From contig CAWJDT010000001.1 of the NCBI GenBank assembly GCA_963841735.1, positions 672,001-736,000 of the forward strand: 64,000 nt of DNA. The letters run 5' to 3'. The stretch is from an uncultured Actinomycetes bacterium (GTDB taxonomy: Bacteria; Actinomycetota; Thermoleophilia; RBG-16-64-13). Shown one piece after another: positions 53,129-61,965 of the stretch. The translations under genes were made by a program, and so were the position numbers. Each line of letters starts with the position of its first letter. Position 1 is the first letter of the stretch. The notes beneath the pieces were generated by a model. The model was not told the origin of the DNA and did no database searches. It was given only the letters and a program-made list of their open reading frames with translations.

Positions 53129-53569
53129 CTACAGACCTCTGGGGAACACCTGGTACTCGAACCGGTAGCCGTTGCGTTCGGCAAGGGCCTGGACCGCCGC
53201 GCGGATCTTGCCGTAGTCGAAGGTGAAGGCGTACTTCTTGCCCAGCATGCTGCCCTGGGCCTCGATGCTGCCTTCGCGGCCGTTGGGTCCTGTCTTGTAC
53301 GTCTCCTTTGAGAAGCTCCAGCCTCCGCCGACGTCAACGTTGCTGCCGCCGGACATGCCCGCCCCGCGCTCTTTCAGCGTCTCGGTGAAGTGGACCGACC
53401 GGTCGGTGTCGTCGACCTTGAACTTGGCTGAGTAGTCCACTCTCTTCTTGGACAAGAAGGACTTCTGCTCGGCAATGACCAGACTGGCTTCGCCGCCCTG
53501 GTTCTTGGCGGTAACTTTGGCTCCAACCTCCTGGGAGAAGTAGGCCAAGATCTCCTCTGCAACACCCAT
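53129..53569 (-). CDS. Hypothetical protein
   Basis: AAGGA RBS before ATG; strong third-position GC bias; no motif recognised. Confidence 0.75.
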   Translation of the reverse strand: MGVAEEILAYFSQEVGAKVTAKNQGGEASLVIAEQKSFLSKKRVDYSAKFKVDDTDRSVHFTETLKERGAGMSGGSNVDVGGGWSFSKETYKTGPNGREGSIEAQGSMLGKKYAFTFDYGKIRAAVQALAERNGYRFEYQVFPRGL

Positions 53570-53796
53570 GACTTTCGTCCTTTCTCGAAGCATCGCCCCG
53601 CCTGACGGTGACGATGACATGGTAGATATCCCTGCCCCTCCAGGCAATGGCCATCGGCATTCGCGTCCGCGGCCACCGCGCTTCCGAAGGGAGCGCAGGC
53701 AAAGCTCGCACACGAGCGACAAATGCTTGGATTGGTGAGCTAGCCTGTCGCCGGCACAGCGCCTTGCTGCAACGCTGCCGTGGTGTCCGGCCAATC

Positions 53797-53835
53797 AGAT
53801 ATATCTATATTAACTCATATCTCAAAGATATATCT
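53797..53835. promoter_or_regulatory. Paired AGATATATCT palindromes (putative operator)
   Basis: Identical 10-bp palindromes at 53797-53806 and 53826-53835 in an AT-rich island. Confidence 0.55.
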
Positions 53836-53943
53836 CTGGACCGGGTGGTCGATTGCACCGGGCATGAGTCCGGCCGCGGGTGGCGCCGGAGTCGGTGCTC
53901 GCTGGGTCCCACGTGTCCGGCAGCCCCGGTATCATGTGACACC

Positions 53944-55968
53944 ATGACCTTGACCCCCGACCACAACACCCCGGAGCACATCCTCCGCACCGTCTTCGGC
54001 TATTCCACCTTTCGGTCGAACCAGCAGCAGGTCATCGAGACCGTGATGCGCGGGGACGACGCTTTCGTACTCATGCCGAGCGGGGGCGGGAAGTCTCTGT
54101 GCTATCAGATCCCGGCCCTGCTGCGGCCGGGCACGGGCATCGTGGTTTCGCCGCTCATCTCGCTGATGAAAGACCAGGTGGACGCTTTGCGGGCCAACGG
54201 GGTCCGGGCAGCGGCGTATAACTCGTCGCTGGAGGCCGGGGTCGCCCAACAGGTATTGGCCGACTTGGCGGCGGGGCGGCTCGATCTGTTGTACGTGTCG
54301 CCGGAACGGGTCACCAGCGACGCCTTTGTCGAGCGGCTGGCCGGGCTGCGGGCGGCTGCGTCTCCGGGCCCGGCTGGGGCCGGGGCCGGCAGACGGTTGG
54401 TCCGTGGCGACTCGCCCGGGTCTGGCATCGCGCTCATCGCTGTTGACGAGGCGCACTGCATCTCGCAGTGGGGGCACGACTTCAGGCCTGAGTACGTGGC
54501 GCTGGGGCGGATGCGGGACCGGTTCCCAGGGGTGCCGCTCGTCGCGCTCACGGCCACGGCCGATCCGCACACCCGGGACGACATCATCGACCAGCTGGGG
54601 CTGCGGCGGGCGGCCTGCTTCATCTCCAGCTTCGATCGGCCCAACATCCGGCTGGAAGTAGTGGAGAAGCACAACCCCTACGCGCAGCTGCAGCGGTTTC
54701 TGGCGGCGCACGGGCACTTTGCGGCGCCGCACGCCGGCGGCGCACGGGGTGTCGGCGCCGGCGATGGTGGCGAGTCGGGCATCATCTATTGCTCCACCCG
54801 TAAGCGCACCGAGCAGGTGGCCGCTCACCTGCGGGAGCACGGCATTGCCGCGGGCGCCTACCACGCGGGGTTGGCGGCGGAGGAGCGCGAGCGGGTCCAG
54901 GAAGAATTCATTTTTGACAGAATCCGGATCGTGGTGGCGACGGTCGCTTTTGGGATGGGCATCGACAAGACCAACGTCCGGTTTGTGGTGCACTGGGACC
55001 TGCCCCAGCATCTGGAGGGCTACTACCAGGAGATCGGGCGGTCGGGCAGGGACGGGTTACCGGCCAACGCGCTCATGCTGTTCGGGTGGGAGGACGTGGT
55101 GCGGGTGCGGGCGCTCATCGACAAGGGCGAGAACGAGCAGCGGGTGGCGGTGGAGCAGCACAAGCTGGGGGCGCTGGTGGGCTTTGCGACAGAGCTGACC
55201 TGTCGGCGGCGGACGCTGTTGGGATATCTGGGTGAGGCGACGGAGTCGGCCTGCGGCAACTGCGACGTGTGTTTGGACCCGCCCGAGTTGTATGACGCCA
55301 CCGAGGATGCGCGGATGGCGCTCTCGTGCGTATACCGGTTGCGGGAGCGGTTTGGCGTAGGCCACGTGGTGGAGGTGCTGCGCGGATCGAAGAACCAGCG
55401 CATCGGGGAGTTGGGCCACGAGCGGCTGAGCACCTACGGTATCGGTGCCCACCTGAGCGCGGAGGCGTGGCGGAGCCTGCTGCGGCAGTTGGTGCACCTG
55501 GGATATCTGAGGCAGGACATGGGCGAATATCCCGTGCTTCAGCTGGCCCCGGCAGCGGCAGCGCTGCTGCGGGGCGAGACGGCGCTGAGTCTGGCGAGGC
55601 CGCGCGTGCGGGTGGTGGCGGCCGGTGGCGAGGACGGCGCGGGGGCGGCGGGCGGCACCGGGCGGGGGGCGAAGCGGCGGCGAGGGTCGGCGACTCGGCT
55701 GGGCGGTGTTGACGGCGACGGCCCGGCGCTAGTTGGGGGCGGCGGCGACCGTGAAGACGCGCTGTTTGAGGAATTGCGGGCGCTGCGCCGGGAGATCGCC
55801 GATCGCGAAGGCGTGCCGGCCTACGTGATCTTCCACGACGCCACGCTGCGGGAGATGGCGGCGGTGCGGCCGCAGACCGCCGACGAACTGCTGGACGTCG
55901 GCGGCGTCGGGGTCAAGAAGTTGGAGAAGTATGGCGAGGAGTTCTTGGCGGTGCTGAGGGCCCCTTGA
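53944..55968 (+). CDS. recQ: DNA helicase RecQ
   Basis: [41 protein letters not shown], and RQC and HRDC domains. Confidence 0.96.
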   Translation: MTLTPDHNTPEHILRTVFGYSTFRSNQQQVIETVMRGDDAFVLMPSGGGKSLCYQIPALLRPGTGIVVSPLISLMKDQVDALRANGVRAAAYNSSLEAGVAQQVLADLAAGRLDLLYVSPERVTSDAFVERLAGLRAAASPGPAGAGAGRRLVRGDSPGSGIALIAVDEAHCISQWGHDFRPEYVALGRMRDRFPGVPLVALTATADPHTRDDIIDQLGLRRAACFISSFDRPNIRLEVVEKHNPYAQLQRFLAAHGHFAAPHAGGARGVGAGDGGESGIIYCSTRKRTEQVAAHLREHGIAAGAYHAGLAAEERERVQEEFIFDRIRIVVATVAFGMGIDKTNVRFVVHWDLPQHLEGYYQEIGRSGRDGLPANALMLFGWEDVVRVRALIDKGENEQRVAVEQHKLGALVGFATELTCRRRTLLGYLGEATESACGNCDVCLDPPELYDATEDARMALSCVYRLRERFGVGHVVEVLRGSKNQRIGELGHERLSTYGIGAHLSAEAWRSLLRQLVHLGYLRQDMGEYPVLQLAPAAAALLRGETALSLARPRVRVVAAGGEDGAGAAGGTGRGAKRRRGSATRLGGVDGDGPALVGGGGDREDALFEELRALRREIADREGVPAYVIFHDATLREMAAVRPQTADELLDVGGVGVKKLEKYGEEFLAVLRAP

Positions 55969-56059
55969 GGTGACGATAGCGGCGGGGCGAACATGTCCGC
56001 AGGGCTTCGCCGCCGCGCTGGTATGATGCCGCAACGGATCACTCGCAAGGAGGTGGCAC

Positions 56060-56884
56060 ATGAGCCTGCGAGGGGTACTCAGCAAGGTAGGGCTCGCGGC
56101 AGCCGTTCTGGGCGTCGGAGCCGGCCTGGCCATATTCGCCGCCGGATGCGGCGACGGGCAGGTCAAAGGCGCCGACCCGGCCGACCCGGAGGACGGACAA
56201 GCCATGACGCAACCGCAACTTCCCCCCATAGATGTGGAAGCACCCGGCGAATTTCAGACGGCGACATTCGGATACGGCTGATTCTGGGGCACGGAGGCGC
56301 AGTTTGGCGCCCTCCCAGGAGTCATTCGCACGAGGGTGGGTTACGCGGGCGGAACTTCCACCCACCCCACCTACCACGACCTTGGCGGCAGCGCCGAGAC
56401 GGTGCAGGTTGATTTCGACCCGGCCAAGGTGACCTACCAAGAGCTCGTGGAAGATTTCTTCGTCTTTCACGACGCTACCTATGCCCCGTCGACCGGCCAG
56501 TACAGGTCGGTGATATTCCCAAGCGACGCCGGACAGGAGCAGGTGGCCCGCACGGTAATGGAATCGGTGCAGACGAACTTCGACCGGTCCCTCAACACCC
56601 AGATAGTCTCGGGTGCGACCTTCTACCTGGCTGAGGACTATCACCAGAAGTACGCGCTGCAGAACGATGGGCCCCTGTCCAGGGAGTTCCACGCCATGTA
56701 TCCCGATGTCTGGGCCTTGGTGGATTCGACCGCGGCCACGCGCGTGAACGCCTACCTGTACGGGCAGGGGTCGGCCGAGCAACTGCAGGCCGAGCTGGAG
56801 GGCCTGGGCCTGTCGGAGGCCGGCCAAGAGCACTTGCTCGCCGCCTCGCCGGTGGGCACCTGCGTGGTGGACTTGTCGGACTAA
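56060..56884 (+). CDS. msrA: Peptide methionine sulfoxide reductase MsrA, selenocysteine-containing (TGA 56279-56281), lipoprotein
   Basis: Tracked ORFs 56060..56281 and 56336..56884 share a frame. Read-through gives G-U-FWG at the GCFWG site, then VGYAGG and AEDYHQKY. Lipobox AAGC. Confidence 0.88.
56282..56320 (+). promoter_or_regulatory. Bacterial SECIS element
   Basis: Lower stem UUCUGGG/CCCAGGA, upper stem GGCGC/GCGCC, apical loop AGUUUG beginning 19 nt after the UGA. Confidence 0.7.
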
Positions 56885-56904
56885 GCGACTGTAGGAGGCA
56901 GAAG

Positions 56905-57264
56905 GTGAAGATCAAGCGACGTGACGACGCACCTGCGAGTGTCATGTCCGGCTATGCCGGCGTGACCAAGCAGATCGTGCTGGGACCGGCGGACGGTTCG
57001 GACGAGATCGTGCTCCGCTATTTCAGCCTGGCCGAGGGCGGGGCTACTCCCAGGCACGCCCACGCCTTTCCCCATCTGGTGAGGGTGGAGGCAGGCCGCG
57101 GTGCAGCGGTGGACTCCGACGGCAACGACAAGCCGCTGAGCCCGGGCGACTACATCTACGTTCCCCCCGACGAGACGCACAACTTCAAGAATACGGGCGC
57201 GGAAGCGTTTGAGTTCATCTGCATCGTGCCCGTGCGTGGTGAGCCGCCTGCGCTGAACACTTGA
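56905..57264 (+). CDS. Cupin domain protein
   Basis: TPRHAHAFPH, YVPPDETHNFKN and FICIVP. Confidence 0.88.
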   Translation: MKIKRRDDAPASVMSGYAGVTKQIVLGPADGSDEIVLRYFSLAEGGATPRHAHAFPHLVRVEAGRGAAVDSDGNDKPLSPGDYIYVPPDETHNFKNTGAEAFEFICIVPVRGEPPALNT

Positions 57265-57288
57265 CACTTTGGCCAGCGCGTCTACTAT
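57261..57288 (+). promoter_or_regulatory. Sigma70-type promoter
   Basis: TTGACA-16 nt-TACTAT upstream of the ORF at 57335. Confidence 0.55.
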
Positions 57289-57334
57289 GGGCTAGCGGGT
57301 GGCTTGCTGTTTCGGAGTCTAAGGGGGGAAGCGA

Positions 57335-57796
57335 ATGCCGTGCCTCGCCTGTGGGGAGGATCTTCCGGAGAATGGCGTGTTGTGCTGGCGGTGTGGGGCT
57401 CGCCTTGGCGAGGCGGCCGAAGCGCCGGCGAATAAGCGGGTGGCCGTCGCCCAATACAAGGAGATTGAGCTCTACTACGGAGGGCCTGAAATCGCGTATC
57501 TGCGTCTGGGCAAAGTCTTCTTGCCCAACTACGAGCGAAAGAAGGCCGAAGCCAAGGCGCGGTCGCGGCAGTATGTCCTAGCGGCTCTCTCGGCTCACCA
57601 AGATGCGGGTTGGGTGGTCCACGGTCAATATCACGAAGCCGTGGACGAAATGTGGACCAAGGCCGCCTTTGGTAGCAGGCCAAGGTTTCGCGGGGCGAAG
57701 GTTCGACTCAACCGCTTGGTACAAGAGATGGAATCTGTGCCTATACGCAAGGCGCGGCAAGCGGTGCAGAAGGAGCCGGTAGGGGGTCACTGCTAG
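57335..57796 (+). CDS. Zinc-ribbon domain hypothetical protein
   Basis: CLACGEDLPENGVLCWRCG. Confidence 0.65.
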   Translation: MPCLACGEDLPENGVLCWRCGARLGEAAEAPANKRVAVAQYKEIELYYGGPEIAYLRLGKVFLPNYERKKAEAKARSRQYVLAALSAHQDAGWVVHGQYHEAVDEMWTKAAFGSRPRFRGAKVRLNRLVQEMESVPIRKARQAVQKEPVGGHC

Positions 57797-58038
57797 CCCA
57801 CCCGCTTGTTCCCGTCCGGAAGAGGGTGATTCCGTATGATGTGGTGGCAGAGTACAGCGGCCTTCTCGGCGAAAGTCGGATAGAACTCGTGACTCTCGAA
57901 ACTCGCCGACGGGGCCGCAAGCGCCGATTCGGCGAGAGCGAGTCTCGCGGTGTAGGCGAGCTCCCCGGCATCCGTGCCCAGCACGGCTTCTGCGACGAGC
58001 AGGAAGTCGGCAAGGTCGAGATACCGGACCCGACTCAT
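57793..58038 (-). pseudogene. Fic/Doc family toxin, 3'-truncated
   Basis: ESALAAP, EKAAVL and HPLPDGNKRVG followed immediately by a stop; ATGA-coupled to the antitoxin. Confidence 0.75.
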
Positions 58039-58262
58039 TTGCTGAGCCGCTCCAGAATAGCTCGGTTGCGCTCGATGGAGTCACGGAGGCGCAACTGGAA
58101 GCCGGCGTCGGCGCGGCGCTCCTCGATGTGGCGAACAAGGGCCTCCCTAACCACTTCTGACACCGGCTCTCCTTCGACCTGCGCCAGTGCCTCCAACCGC
58201 TCAGCCGTGTCAATGTCGATTCGTAGAGTCATAGCCCTTCGCTTTGACTGAGGTTCCATCAT
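58035..58262 (-). CDS. Ribbon-helix-helix antitoxin
   Basis: AMTLRIDIDTAERLEALAQVEGEPVSEVVREAL...RNRAILERLSK. Confidence 0.8.
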   Translation of the reverse strand: MMEPQSKRRAMTLRIDIDTAERLEALAQVEGEPVSEVVREALVRHIEERRADAGFQLRLRDSIERNRAILERLSK

Positions 58263-58267
58263 TGCCT

Positions 58268-58295
58268 CCTGCTACCGTGGTGTCACGGTGGCAGG
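58268..58295. promoter_or_regulatory. Inverted repeat overlapping the antitoxin RBS (putative operator)
   Basis: CCTGCTACCGTG-GTGT-CACGGTGGCAGG, 11 of 12 positions paired. Confidence 0.55.
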
Positions 58296-58310
58296 ATAGC
58301 AGAGCTCTGG

Positions 58311-58532
58311 CTACGCGTGGAAATCCGATTCCCCGAGCCCGGCGTCCTCTATGATGGCCGCGAGGATCTTCGGATGGATGATGGCGCTGGCGTGACAAGG
58401 AAGGGTGACGCGGCGGCCGAGTTGGTCACGAAGGATCCGGTGGTTACCTCGTTGTCGCACTACCTCGAACCCGTGGCGCTCGAGCACTCGCTGCACCTCC
58501 CTCGCAGTCAGGCGGGGGAGTCGGGGATTCAT
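58311..58532 (-). CDS. hicA: HicA family toxin
   Basis: LERHGFEVVRQRGNHRIL...VTLPCH...ILAAIIEDAGL. Confidence 0.88.
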   Translation of the reverse strand: MNPRLPRLTAREVQRVLERHGFEVVRQRGNHRILRDQLGRRVTLPCHASAIIHPKILAAIIEDAGLGESDFHA

Positions 58533-58750
58533 CCCGGTACTTCGACCGTGATGAGACTGATCGCTTCGACCCGGGGGATCTCCTCGCCGCAGGCCAAGCG
58601 GTCTTCGACATGGAGGCCGGCGGCTTCGCGGAGGTTGTCCAACGCTTCTTCGTAGGTGCGGCCCTGCGTGTAGCAGCCCTGGAGCTCTGGGCAGCGGGCC
58701 CAATAGCCCTCAGCGTCGTGGCCCACGATGGCGGAGAAGTGATACTGCAC
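58529..58750 (-). CDS. hicB: HicB family antitoxin (short, no DNA-binding domain)
   Basis: YWARCPELQGCYTQGRTYEEALDNLREA; GGAGG before GTG. Confidence 0.88.
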   Translation of the reverse strand: MQYHFSAIVGHDAEGYWARCPELQGCYTQGRTYEEALDNLREAAGLHVEDRLACGEEIPRVEAISLITVEVPG

Positions 58751-58987
58751 CTGTGCCTCCAGGCAGCCGCTCGCGCGAGGGACAAGCATACACCCACTCC
58801 TTTCGGGGCGAAGAAGTCGTGGACAAGGAACCCGTTGGCCTCGGGCCCCATGGCCGGTTGGCCCGGTGGCCACCGAGGCCTCGTCCGGAAGCCTAGCCTG
58901 TCTTCCCGACCAGGGCCCTCGGCCTTTGGTTGGACCTTGGCGCCCCACCCCGGCCCCCGCGCGCCCGTCCGCCCTGTGGAGTAGAGT

Positions 58988-59338
58988 TCACCTTGCTGCA
59001 GCGAGGCGCAACGCGACACGGGACAGCGCAGTTGCGAGGGGGGCGGCGCGTTCGACGTCCGCCTCGTCGTGGGCGCAGTGCAGCTCGATGGCAAAAAGGA
59101 CACGGGCCAGGATTTGCCGATGGATCCCTCTGCCCGGTCCCAGGTTCGCGATGCGGGCCACGCTCTTGGCTCCGTGCTCGCGGTCATGCCCGTCGTGGGT
59201 GCGGTCGATGTCATGCCAGGCGACGGCGTGTACGAGCGGTTCGAACTCGGCGGGCTCCAGGCCGACCGAGCCGGCTATAGCGTGGGCGTGGATAAGCACT
59301 CGCCGGGTGTGCGACAGGCCATGGATGCTGGCTGGGCA
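58988..59338 (-). pseudogene. HD-domain protein remnant
   Basis: IHGLSHTRRV, AVAWHDIDR..D..HGAKS and IELHC. There is an in-frame TAG upstream and the C-terminal D motif is missing. Confidence 0.6.
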
Positions 59339-59453
59339 CTATCGGGGTTGGCGGCGCCGAAATCCATCGAAAGGCCGATGTCGCCCCGCGGTCGCACGGA
59401 CTAGGGTTTGCCTCGCTGGCAAAGGGGTGGCGTGATTCAGAAGGAGTTGTGCG

Positions 59454-60053
59454 GTGGCGGATGAGAGTGACCTGGTTCTTCCGGAGCGCATAGAGTCGCG
59501 GATCATTCTCCTGCGTGGGCTGAGGGTACTGCTCGCCGAGGATCTCGCCGCCCTATATGAGGTAGAGGTCAAGGCGCTGAACCAGGCCGTCAGGCGCAAC
59601 GCCGACCGCTTCCCTGCTGACTTCATGTTCCAGTTGACCGGCGAGGAGGTGGCAGCTTTGAGGTCACAGATTGTGACCTCAAACAGCGAGAAGAGCGCGG
59701 CCGCTTTGAAATCACAATCTGTGATTTCAAACGCCGGCGAAGACAGCCCGGGTCCGGGTCGCGGCGGGCGACGGTACTTGCCCTATGCCTTCACCGAACA
59801 AGGCGTTGCCATGCTCTCCAGCGTGTTGAGGAGCCCTCGCGCCATTCTGGTCAACGTGGAGATCATGCGTGCGTTCGTTCACCTACGCCGGATGCTCGGC
59901 TCGAATGCAGACCTTGCCTGGAAGCTTGCCGCTCTGGAGAAGAAGTACGACGGGCAGTTCAAGGTGGTGTTCGACGCGATCCGCGCCTTGATGACTCCGC
60001 CGGATGCAAAGAAGAGACAAGCCGCCGGGTTTGGGCCTTCGGAACAGGGCTAG
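59454..60053 (+). CDS. ORF6N (KilA-N-like) DNA-binding domain protein
   Basis: DLAALYEVEVKALNQAVRRNADRFPADFMFQL, PYAFTEQGVAMLSSVL and IMRAFV. Confidence 0.9.
   Translation: MADESDLVLPERIESRIILLRGLRVLLAEDLAALYEVEVKALNQAVRRNADRFPADFMFQLTGEEVAALRSQIVTSNSEKSAAALKSQSVISNAGEDSPGPGRGGRRYLPYAFTEQGVAMLSSVLRSPRAILVNVEIMRAFVHLRRMLGSNADLAWKLAALEKKYDGQFKVVFDAIRALMTPPDAKKRQAAGFGPSEQG
59657..59731. repeat. Two 27-bp palindromes (12-3-12) at 48-bp period inside ORF6N
   Basis: TTTGAGGTCACA-GAT-TGTGACCTCAAA and TTTGAAATCACA-ATC-TGTGATTTCAAA. Confidence 0.9.
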
Positions 60054-60102
60054 GCCGAACGACTGCGCTTGAACTGAGTTCGCGTATTTGCTAACCTACC
60101 AC

Positions 60103-60435
60103 TTGTCGTACTCCGTCGAATACTTCAACCGGCGCGTGCTCGACGAGATCGAGTCATGGCCGGTGGGTATTCTGGCGGATTACGCACGGCTGGTCGGACT
60201 CCTCATCGAGTTCGGCCCCCAACTGCACATGCCGCATTCCCGCGCCATGGGCGGCGGGCTCTACGAGCTCCGCCCCCGCGGGCATGAGGGCAGCGGGCGG
60301 GCGTTGTATTGCTTCAAGGTGGGTCGACGGGTGATCGTCCTGCACAGCTTGGTCAAGAAGTCCCAGGCCACCCCGGGACGCGAACTGGACTTAGCCCGTC
60401 GAAGGATGAAGGAGGTCAAGGATGGCAAGAACTGA
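60103..60435 (+). CDS. RelE/HigB (Gp49-like) toxin
   Basis: MPHSRAMGGGLYELR, RALYC, LHSLVKKSQATP and ARRRMKE. Start is 60088 or 60103. Confidence 0.88.
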   Translation: MSYSVEYFNRRVLDEIESWPVGILADYARLVGLLIEFGPQLHMPHSRAMGGGLYELRPRGHEGSGRALYCFKVGRRVIVLHSLVKKSQATPGRELDLARRRMKEVKDGKN

Positions 60436-60754
60436 ATACCAGCCAGTCGCTCACGACCATGACGCCTTTCTTGAACGCGCCCTCAAGCGCAAGGGCTTCC
60501 GAGAGGCCTACGACGACCTCAAGGACGAGTACCTGCTCGCGCGCGAGCTCCTGGCCGCCCGCGCCCAGGCGGGTCTGACTCAGGAGCAAGTCGCCGCCTC
60601 CATGGGCACCACCAAGAGCGCCGTCTCGCGGCTCGAAGGAGCCGGCAAGCATTCACCTTCGGTGAGCACGCTCAGGCGCTATGCGCACGCGGTGGGGTGC
60701 GACGTCGAGGTGAGGCTGGTACCTGCCAACAGCGCAGACGCTTCCAAGCGCTAG
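60422..60754 (+). CDS. XRE-HTH antitoxin (HigA-like)
   Basis: ARAQAGLTQEQVAASMGTTKSAVSRLE and PSVSTLRRYA. Confidence 0.9.
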   Translation: MARTEYQPVAHDHDAFLERALKRKGFREAYDDLKDEYLLARELLAARAQAGLTQEQVAASMGTTKSAVSRLEGAGKHSPSVSTLRRYAHAVGCDVEVRLVPANSADASKR

Positions 60755-60855
60755 GGTGCTCTTGAGCTTGACTTCACCGTCGCACCCGATGTGTCGCTGG
60801 TCGTCACCCCTCACCGGTGACAGAGGCGGCGTGCGGGCGAGGGCCCTCTCCAGAC

Positions 60856-61929
60856 CTAGTAGCGCCCCTTACAGTAATCAAACAGCGCAATGTAGGCGGC
60901 GTATTCGGCTTCCGCTGCCTGGTTGTCCGCTTGGAAGTTGGCTTCGGTGGGTTCGGTCACCAGCAGCCGCTCTGCCGCCGCCAGCCGGCGCAAGCCGGCC
61001 AGCCAGGCCCCGTGGAGTCTGCGCAGTTCATCGGAGGGGGGAGCTGTGATGTGCTCCACATCATCCAGAAGGTTCTCGAACTCGTCGGCACACAGGTATT
61101 CCGGTCCCGGGAAAGAGCCATCTGACTTCGCGGTCCACTCCCCGGTGTGTGAGTTGGCCAGCTCGATTATCTCGCCGCGGATGGCGTTGACCCTGATGAA
61201 GTCGTCGATATAGGGTCGGTCGGCCGCTTTCTGCGCTTCCAACGTTCCCATCACGACGACGACCGCGATGATAGCGGCCACCACTGCCAGGCCCGGGAGC
61301 GCTCTCAAGATGACCGGCCGGCCGGCGAGTTTTGCCTCCTGGGCGGTATCGGTTGCCAGGGGTGCGGCGAGGCCTCGCCGGTTCTTGTTGTAGTTGGCCA
61401 GATTGCCGAAGGCATAGGCGAAGGTCGCAGCGAAGGATATGAGGCCGAACCAACCCCATGCCAGGTTGCGCCCCTGGAATTCCCGGAATTTGCCCTTGGC
61501 ACACGTTCGGCACAACCAACCGTTGAAGCTATGGACTCTTCGTGTGAAGACCATGCCCACATTCGCTTGGAAGCTGAACGGCGCGGCCGGCTTGCGCCTG
61601 CATATCTCGCAAGCGAGGGGTGAGGATTCCACGGGGGCAAGCGGCGGCGCCGACTGGTTGGCGCGTGGGGCGGCGCGTGGGGCGGCGCGAGGGGTCGCGA
61701 CTTTGGCGGCGCGCGGGGCGGCGATCTCGGCGGCGACTTCGCCCGCGACTTCGGGCGCGACGGACTGCAGCTCTTGCGGGGGCCCCTCAGCCGGCCGCGA
61801 CTCGTTGCACGAGACGCAGTACCCCTCGGAGTAGTCGTTGCGAAAACCGCACTTGGGGCACGCCCAATATTCCACCAGAACCCCCCCGTCATCTCGTGAT
61901 CGCGCTTGTTGCCGCGCCTGAGTGTACAA
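60856..61929 (-). CDS. Membrane protein with two putative zinc-binding modules
   Basis: WACPKCG..YCVSC, CEIC..LCRTC and two hydrophobic segments. The start is probably nearer 61875. Confidence 0.7.
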   Translation of the reverse strand: MYTQARQQARSRDDGGVLVEYWACPKCGFRNDYSEGYCVSCNESRPAEGPPQELQSVAPEVAGEVAAEIAAPRAAKVATPRAAPRAAPRANQSAPPLAPVESSPLACEICRRKPAAPFSFQANVGMVFTRRVHSFNGWLCRTCAKGKFREFQGRNLAWGWFGLISFAATFAYAFGNLANYNKNRRGLAAPLATDTAQEAKLAGRPVILRALPGLAVVAAIIAVVVVMGTLEAQKAADRPYIDDFIRVNAIRGEIIELANSHTGEWTAKSDGSFPGPEYLCADEFENLLDDVEHITAPPSDELRRLHGAWLAGLRRLAAAERLLVTEPTEANFQADNQAAEAEYAAYIALFDYCKGRY

Positions 61930-61965
61930 GGGCGGAGCGGTAGGCGCCAGATGCTTCTCCCCGCT

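Noticed and set aside
55989-56000. LexA-like boxes (CGAACATGTCCG here; GAACTGAGTTC at 60071)
   Set aside because: Spacing does not fit GAAC-N4-GTTC.
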